A stretch of 12,239 nucleotides of DNA from assembly GCA_038823825.1 (NCBI GenBank), contig JAWBCC010000008.1, positions 1 through 12,239 of the forward strand, given 5' to 3'. Positions within the stretch are counted from its first letter, which is position 1. Each line of letters opens with the position of its first letter. Below are positions 1 through 5,300 of the stretch, piece after piece. The position numbers were made by a program, and so were the translations under genes. Source of the DNA: Candidatus Hadarchaeales archaeon. Lineage in GTDB: Archaea > Hadarchaeota > Hadarchaeia > Hadarchaeales > Hadarchaeaceae. The notes beneath the pieces are model-generated. The model saw nothing but the letters and a program-made list of their open reading frames with translations, was not told the origin of the DNA and ran no database searches.

Positions 1-177
1 CCTCCGAGACTGAGCATCCAGTTGTGTCTATGTAGGCTGATCCTAGCGGACAGCTGAAGCTCCACGTTCCTTCACTCTTCGTGGCCTGCCACGTGTAGTG
101 GTTTCTCGTGCTGTCTGGGTCGCCACTACCCAGAGAACTCTCATAAGCCATCAAAGTTATGCTTGAGAGGTTCATGT
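1..177. repeat. Direct repeat copy A (100% identical to 904..1080)
   Basis: Aligned base by base by hand. The first mismatch is 178 (c) against 1081 (t). Identity runs to base 1, so the true length is unknown. Confidence 0.95.
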
Positions 178-394
178 CTTGGTCCGTTATCACCACTGTC
201 ACTGTCTGCCAAGTGTAGGGAATCCACTCGGTTACCGCTGGTACGGCGCTCTGAACTATCGGCGGGTAAGGAACAACAGTCACCGTTGCAGAGCCAGAGA
301 CTTCTCTTTCCTCCGCAGATATAACTAGAGGGACCGCGCTGACGCTGAAAGTCAATAGGATGAGAATCAGCAGTGAAGCGATCTTGCTCCTCAT
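1..394 (-). CDS. Secreted beta-sandwich protein, 3'-partial (runs off the left edge); stand-alone paralog of the C-terminal module of the adjacent DUF2341 protein
   Basis: Absent from the supplied ORF track because there is no stop in the window. Manual translation from ATG at 394-392 is open to base 1: MRSKIASLLILILLTFSVSAVPLVISAEERESGSATVTVVPYPPIVQSAVPAVTEWIPYTWQTVTVVITDQDMNLSSITLMAYESSLGSGDPDSTRNHYTWQATKSEGTWSFSCPLGSAYIDTTGCSVSE... The N-terminus looks like a signal peptide (MRSK, a hydrophobic core, then VISA|E). AGGGGG lies 6 nt upstream of the ATG, and the start is 12 nt after the upstream stop. The protein aligns without gaps to aa 355-453 of the 407..2263 product. Confidence 0.8.
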   Translation of the reverse strand, partial: MRSKIASLLILILLTFSVSAVPLVISAEEREVSGSATVTVVPYPPIVQSAVPAVTEWIPYTWQTVTVVITDQDMNLSSITLMAYESSLGSGDPDSTRNHYTWQATKSEGTWSFSCPLGSAYIDTTGCSVSE

Positions 395-400
395 CGTCTT

Positions 401-406
401 CCCCCT
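401..406 (-). promoter_or_regulatory. Shine-Dalgarno-like AGGGGG in the 12-nt spacer between the DUF2341 gene stop and the downstream gene start
   Basis: The minus strand reads GAG TGA AGGGGGAAGACG ATG. The purine-rich GGGGG sits 6 nt before the ATG. The tight spacing implies co-transcription. Confidence 0.45.
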
Positions 407-2263
407 TCACTCGACTCTCACGTAGAATGTGTTCGTGTAGTCTCCTGGAACTGCGTCGGCAGGTATGTCGAGTCTCCACTGAATCTGCTTCGCCACGTCT
501 TCTCCGTATTGAACATTACTCCAGACATTCTGATATGCTGTGCTCAAGGAGACAGTTGTCTCGCCTATCGCCTTCGTTGCGCTCGCAGGCATCGTGTCAG
601 CGCCCTTCACCCAGTCACCTGCAGCCTTTACCTTTATATCGAAGTTTTGGTTACTCGTGACTGTGACAGTCATTGGACTCTGGCTCGCATAGACGCTTTG
701 CCCCTGCATTCCTAAGAAGGTGAGCGTATTTGTGCTCAGAGCCATCTCTAAGTATACCTGAACAGTTACAGCATTAGCGTTCTCCAGATAATCGTAGAGA
801 TTTGTATCGTCAGTTGCGCTCGCATAGAGATCCCATGTTCCTGGAGCAGCTGTCTTTGCAACTCTCACCTTGAATGTCGCCGTGTATGTCTTTGTGTTTG
901 CATCCTCCGAGACTGAGCATCCAGTTGTGTCTATGTAGGCTGATCCTAGCGGACAGCTGAAGCTCCACGTTCCTTCACTCTTCGTGGCCTGCCACGTGTA
1001 GTGGTTTCTCGTGCTGTCTGGGTCGCCACTACCCAGAGAACTCTCATAAGCCATCAAAGTTATGCTTGAGAGGTTCATGTTGCCATCCCAAACTGTCACT
1101 GTGACTGTGGTCCAGACATATGGTGTCCAAGCTGTGTCCGCTGGAACCACGCTCTGAACGTCTGGCGTCCACGGATACTCAGAGATGCTAGCCGAACCGC
1201 TCAGATAGCCGACCGTCGGGTTAGTTTCTTCACTTCCGACAGTCGTGACTGGATCCGGACCGAGATCATTGTATCTCCTGACGAAGAACCAGTCGTAGTA
1301 GTAGGATGAAGTTCCTCCACCATTCCAGACTCTCAGCTTGTATTTATCGATATACCATCCTCCCTCCTCGGGTGCCCAGTCTCCAAACTGCCAATCTCTG
1401 ACGTTTTCAAGCAATTCTCTGTAGTTCGCGTTGTCTTCTCCGAAGTAGAAATTCACGTTTATCCATTCCTTTTGTCCATCAGGCCCATGAAGAATTATCT
1501 GCCCGATGTACCACTTATTCCCTTCAACCAATTTCTGTCCCCACGTTCCATCAACGAAAAACTTGAAGTCTCCATCGGCTTTGAAAATCCCCGCCATCTC
1601 CTTGATTCCCCAACCTGGACCCTCTAGGCAAACTCCTCCTCTCCACGTCGAGGCGTTCTTTATTCTGAACTCAATGATTCTTCTGGTGTTCAGATAACCA
1701 ATACCCTGTCCCGGACCATGTTCAATAAAAGCCTCCTGGTCGTTGTAATCCTCGAGCCTTAAAACATACCCGAAGACATCGACACCAGTGCTGCTCCTTC
1801 CCCATTTGGGAGAAAGCTGATCCAAACTTGTGTAGAGGAAATCATCGAAGAAGAGGAAGACGTCGTCACCGTTTTCAGCGCTCGTTGCGTACGGATTTCC
1901 ATAATACATGTAAATTGAGTCGTCAGTGTTCTGCAGTCTGCGTACCCACGCCACGTTCAGATAACCGCTTTCATTCCTCTCGATCCAATAGGGCAGCGGG
2001 TCTCCAGTCTCGTCTTCGATGAATCGGATGCTTGGATACATGCTCTTAGGAATGTCCGACGGGATAACGATCTTTATCTGGAAGTTTTCTGGGTGGCTCC
2101 CGCTTATCGTTATTTTTCTCCTGTACGGCCATGCGTCGTTCCACCAAGTAACTTGGGCACTAACTGCAGAAGATGTCACGAGAAGAATCGCTGGAACCAT
2201 CGCTGTGATCAAAAGTGCGCTGAGGAAAACTGCAAATCCCTTTCCTATCTTAACTCTTTTCAT
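407..2263 (-). CDS. Secreted DUF2341 domain protein, 618 aa (DUF2341 N-module, ConA/LamG-like jelly-roll, two unassigned C-terminal beta-sandwich modules)
   Basis: The ORF track gives 407..2425. I place the start at ATG 2263-2261, which is aa 55 of the track ORF. From there the sequence MKRVKIGKGFAVFLSALLITAMVPAILLVTSSAVSAQ reads as a signal peptide, and AAGGTAGA lies just upstream. The 54 upstream codons overlap the 3' end of the preceding gene and cross a TATA-like region. WWNDAWPYRRKITI ... IRFIEDETGDPLPYWIE ... VAWVRR ... IYMYYGNP, followed by VFLFFDDF, is the hallmark layout of DUF2341 (Pfam PF10102, from memory). There is no C-terminal TM. Confidence 0.85.
   Translation of the reverse strand: MKRVKIGKGFAVFLSALLITAMVPAILLVTSSAVSAQVTWWNDAWPYRRKITISGSHPENFQIKIVIPSDIPKSMYPSIRFIEDETGDPLPYWIERNESGYLNVAWVRRLQNTDDSIYMYYGNPYATSAENGDDVFLFFDDFLYTSLDQLSPKWGRSSTGVDVFGYVLRLEDYNDQEAFIEHGPGQGIGYLNTRRIIEFRIKNASTWRGGVCLEGPGWGIKEMAGIFKADGDFKFFVDGTWGQKLVEGNKWYIGQIILHGPDGQKEWINVNFYFGEDNANYRELLENVRDWQFGDWAPEEGGWYIDKYKLRVWNGGGTSSYYYDWFFVRRYNDLGPDPVTTVGSEETNPTVGYLSGSASISEYPWTPDVQSVVPADTAWTPYVWTTVTVTVWDGNMNLSSITLMAYESSLGSGDPDSTRNHYTWQATKSEGTWSFSCPLGSAYIDTTGCSVSEDANTKTYTATFKVRVAKTAAPGTWDLYASATDDTNLYDYLENANAVTVQVYLEMALSTNTLTFLGMQGQSVYASQSPMTVTVTSNQNFDIKVKAAGDWVKGADTMPASATKAIGETTVSLSTAYQNVWSNVQYGEDVAKQIQWRLDIPADAVPGDYTNTFYVRVE
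410..1186 (-). other. Two unassigned C-terminal beta-sandwich-like modules (about aa 360-505 and 505-618)
   Basis: Shows alternating polar/hydrophobic beta-strand patterning, a Cys pair (SFSCPLGSAYIDTTGC), and a terminal ...QIQWRLDIPADAVPGDYTNTFYVRVE. I do not recognise a family. The first module is the one duplicated in the downstream gene. Confidence 0.4.
904..1080. repeat. Direct repeat copy B (100% identical to 1..177)
   Basis: Same alignment as copy A. It lies inside the DUF2341 gene and encodes aa 396-453 (58 whole codons). Confidence 0.95.
1229..2149 (-). other. DUF2341 + ConA-like lectin/glucanase-type region of the 618-aa protein (about aa 39-345)
   Basis: Carries the motifs listed for the CDS. 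It ends in GGGTSSYYYDWFFVRRY...TTVGSE, and that ending recurs almost verbatim at 11836-11920 in the giant repeat protein. Confidence 0.65.
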
Positions 2264-2322
2264 TCTATCTACCTTTTTTTTGCAATAAAGACTTCTTACT
2301 ATGTCATAAAAAGTTTTCGGTG

Positions 2323-2340
2323 ATTTAAAAACCTTTAAAA
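2323..2340 (-). promoter_or_regulatory. Candidate archaeal BRE/TATA promoter for the DUF2341 gene
   Basis: The minus strand reads TTTTAAAGGTTTTTAAAT, which contains two TTTAAA boxes and the 13-mer AAAGGTTTTTAAA shared with 7043..7055. It lies in the 110-bp gap, about 60-75 nt upstream of ATG 2263. A further TATA-like CTTTTTATGA lies at about 2303-2312. Confidence 0.5.
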
Positions 2341-2365
2341 TCCTGATTTCAAGCCAAGCCAGCCG

Positions 2366-2370
2366 AAAAA
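2366..2370 (-). terminator. Possible oligo-T (T5) archaeal-type termination signal just after the 1364-aa gene stop
   Basis: The minus strand reads TGA GAATTTTTCGG. Oligo-T tracts are the usual archaeal intrinsic terminator. This is a single short tract, so support is weak. Confidence 0.3.
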
Positions 2371-2373
2371 TTC

Positions 2374-5300
2374 TCATTTTAAAACGATAAACTTCAGAAG
2401 CATTACCACAACGGCCGCGGCACAAACGATTCCAATCGCCAAAACTACCGGAAGTGAAACACCCTCTTCAACGACTGTGAGTATTTTGCTCAAGTTCCCT
2501 ACGGAAATCGTGTGTTCCCCAACTTCCTCGATTTCGATCGTAAAGTTCACCGTGGTCGACTGAGAGGGATCCAAACTAACATTTTTGCTCTCGACTAGAA
2601 CCCCATCTACTTTCAGCATGACAAGATAGCTGCCTGTCTCGTCTCCGATGTTCTTGACGATAACTGAAACTGTCACTTTTTCCCCGCGTTTTACCTTATC
2701 TTTTGACAGCGTTAGGTTCTCGAGGATGAAGTTTGCACCCATCCTTCCAACGAAGAACGTTGCACTCAGACCGTCAACAGAAACCGTGTGCTCCCCAAGT
2801 TCCTCGACGGAGATCGTGAAGGTGACGGTCGTTTTCTGCCCAGCCCCGAGCGTCACCTCCCTGCTCTCAACTTCTACTCCATCTACTTTGAGAACTAACG
2901 TGCGGGATCCTGCCGCCGTTCCAACATTTGCAACATCCACAGACACTGTGATGTTTTCGCCGGGCTTGACGTTTTCCTTCGAGAGTCTGAGATTCTCAAC
3001 TACGAATATCGGGACATTTTCTGCTGACGGTGTGAGCGCCAACGAGAGTCTGGCTATCTCAACAAATCCGACTCCGCTTGAAGAGGGTCTCACAAATGAA
3101 TACTGCCCGGCCGAGAGTCCGAGCTTGTTGTTGATCGGTATCAACCCTTCAATCCAAACAGTTGTGAGTCCGCTCAACGGAATCGTGAAAGCGAGTGTGG
3201 TCTCGTTCTCTCTGACAAGAGTGAAGGTCTTCGTGTCAAATAGTTGACCGTTGACATAGAGTTTTACCCACCCGCTCCCATCATGGCTTCCAACATTTCT
3301 AACCTTGAGAGAGACGGTTGCCTGCTGCCCCAGAACGGTGGCCGTCAGATCTCTGTATTCAAACTCCGGACCGTAGTAGGCAACTGCAAGCCCCGTGCTC
3401 GTGTCGTTCGCCCCGTAATAGCAATAGAGCCAATTATCTACTAAAATCGTCTGACCTGGAAAGTTCGGTCCGTCATTCCAAGCTGCTCCCGTCGCTCCGT
3501 TTGGCGCCTTTCCGTAGTAAACCGGAATGAAAGGAAGCGTTGAAACCTTCAAAAGCCTCCATGGCTGTGATCCGTCAAAGATGGCTTCCGCGATCGTCGC
3601 CTCCGTGCCACCGACATAGCCTTCAAGAGTAGACGCACATATCAGCACCCTGATGTTACCATCCGAATCTACGAAGGCATCACCTACTGGATTCTCCGAA
3701 TCTCCCCAAATGTTGTTGCCAGCTGGAACCGTACCTCCACCGGTCACGATCCAGTTTGACTGTTCAAGATTGTTCGTGAAGATTACCCCTCCACCCTCTT
3801 TGTACCCGATGAATCTATACGTCTGTCCGCCATAGGTGACTCTTCTTCCGCTTGGCCAAGCATCTAAGTCTAAAATCGCCACAACCTTGTGCTGTCCGTA
3901 TTGATCGTGAACCGCGATCACCCAAGGGGAGCTCCAGTTTATGCAGTCCGTGCTCCACGCCATCCTTCCCTGCGAAGTGTCTACGTTCGTGTACTCGGCA
4001 TAAAATCTTCCATCTACGTAAAGAAGTTCTGGATCCTCGGGTCGACCGTCAGTTATCACGGCGCTTGGATGCTTTGTCCAGTGAACACCATCAGTACTTG
4101 TGGCAAGACCTATGTTGCTGTTTGGCGGTCCTTCCGGCGGGGCTGGTATCGGATTCCCCCTGTAAAGCATATAGAACGTGCCATTGACATATGCAACTCC
4201 CGGGTTGAAAGCTCCCATCTGATCCCACGTTCCTTGAGTTGGTGTAAGCACGGGATTCCACGGGAGATCTACTCTCCACCTGTACGTCCAAGTGTCCAAG
4301 AAAGAGAAACTGAAGTTGTCAAACCTAGCCGGGCCGCGGGAGAGAATCAAAGGATATCGTGGATAGTCGGTATCTACAACCGTCCTTACTCTGGCCAGTT
4401 CGAAACCCGTAACTTCCTGCACGTAAGCCATCACTGTTTTAGATCTTCGAGAATACTCCAGAACCAGCCTATAAGGTGTTCCCTGCTGAAGAAAGCCCGT
4501 TCCCGCCCACTCAACTTTCCATATGTATTCTCCTCCCACCTGCTCTTCTGCCCACACGAGACCACCGATCTCGTCCCTCTTCCACCATTCATAGGGAGTG
4601 ACGTCAAAGATGGAATAACCAGCTTTTCTGGCCACTATAAGGTCTCCGGCTGCCGTGTCAACATATGCAAATACCCATATTCCGTTATCCGACGCAAACC
4701 CCACGCCGGGCATCGGGTTTGATGAATCTAGAACAAAGATCACGGAAACTCTTCCTTCCTCTTCGCCGAGCATCACATCATTTCTGTAAGCATAACCAAT
4801 CCCGGTTCCAGTGTATTGCAAAGATCTAGTTCCGTAGATCGCATTGGTCGTAAGTTGCATTCCGCTGACCGAATAGTTTGTTAATGCTTGCTCGAAGCCG
4901 TCCACAAACTCTCTTCGTGGATATTCCGGTGGATTTCCAACACCAAAGATGAAGGTGTTCTCCGATCTTTTTCTTTCTCCTCCGGCTCCAACTGCTACGA
5001 CCCACCACTCGTGAACACCGGCTGAAACATTTGAGAGCACAACAGTGTTTGAAGTTGTGTTTTCTACGTTGACACCATCTATCCAGACCTCATACCGCTG
5101 GACTTGCATATCTGGAGCATTCTCCCAAACCAAGACAACTGGTGGGGATGAAATCCAAGCACCGTTTGGTGCTGTGAGGGTGAATGGTCTCACCGTAACA
5201 ATGGAGAAAGTGAAGATTTGTGAGCTTCTAGAATTCCCAGCCTTGTCAAGAGCCACAACATACCAACTGTACGTTCCGGCCTGCAGTTGCAGGGTGTGAG

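Noticed and set aside
141-479. Track ORF of 112 aa on the minus strand (METRHTCRRSSRRLHEH...)
   Set aside because: It is out of frame with, and overlaps, two better-supported coding frames: the paralog gene <1..394 and the 3' end of the DUF2341 gene. Its composition is Arg/Ser/Cys-rich, it shows no signal or domain features, and it straddles a stop/start junction.
1-1080. The 177-bp repeat pair considered as a DGR template/variable repeat pair or as IS/MITE termini
   Set aside because: The copies are 100% identical, with no adenine-specific mismatches, and no reverse transcriptase is in the window. The repeats are direct and in-frame coding in both copies, with no transposase, inverted ends or target-site duplication. 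RT genes outside the window cannot be excluded.
2274-2281. A homopolymer (T8 on plus, A8 on the gene strand) just upstream of the DUF2341 gene SD, considered as a phase-variation tract
   Set aside because: It lies in the presumed 5' leader rather than in coding sequence or between spaced promoter elements. A single 8-mer in an AT-rich intergenic region is unremarkable, and nothing indicates length variation.
2264-2425. The 54-codon N-terminal extension of the 672-aa track ORF (start at 2425)
   Set aside because: It overlaps the last 52 nt of the 1364-aa gene and runs through the T5 tract and the TATA-like boxes. Its sequence (MCRGRCGNASEVYRFKMRIFRLAWLEIRILKVF...) is not signal-like, whereas Met 2263 begins a textbook signal peptide with an SD-like element upstream.
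3889-4722. Long plus-strand ORFs antisense to the 1364-aa gene (277 aa at 3889..4722; also 199 aa at 2648..3247 and several of 60-110 aa)
   Set aside because: These are shadow ORFs fully inside a strongly supported minus-strand gene. Their composition is Arg/Ser/Pro/Cys-rich and low in complexity, they have no motifs, and they lack promoter or SD context. They are explained by the codon bias of the opposite strand.
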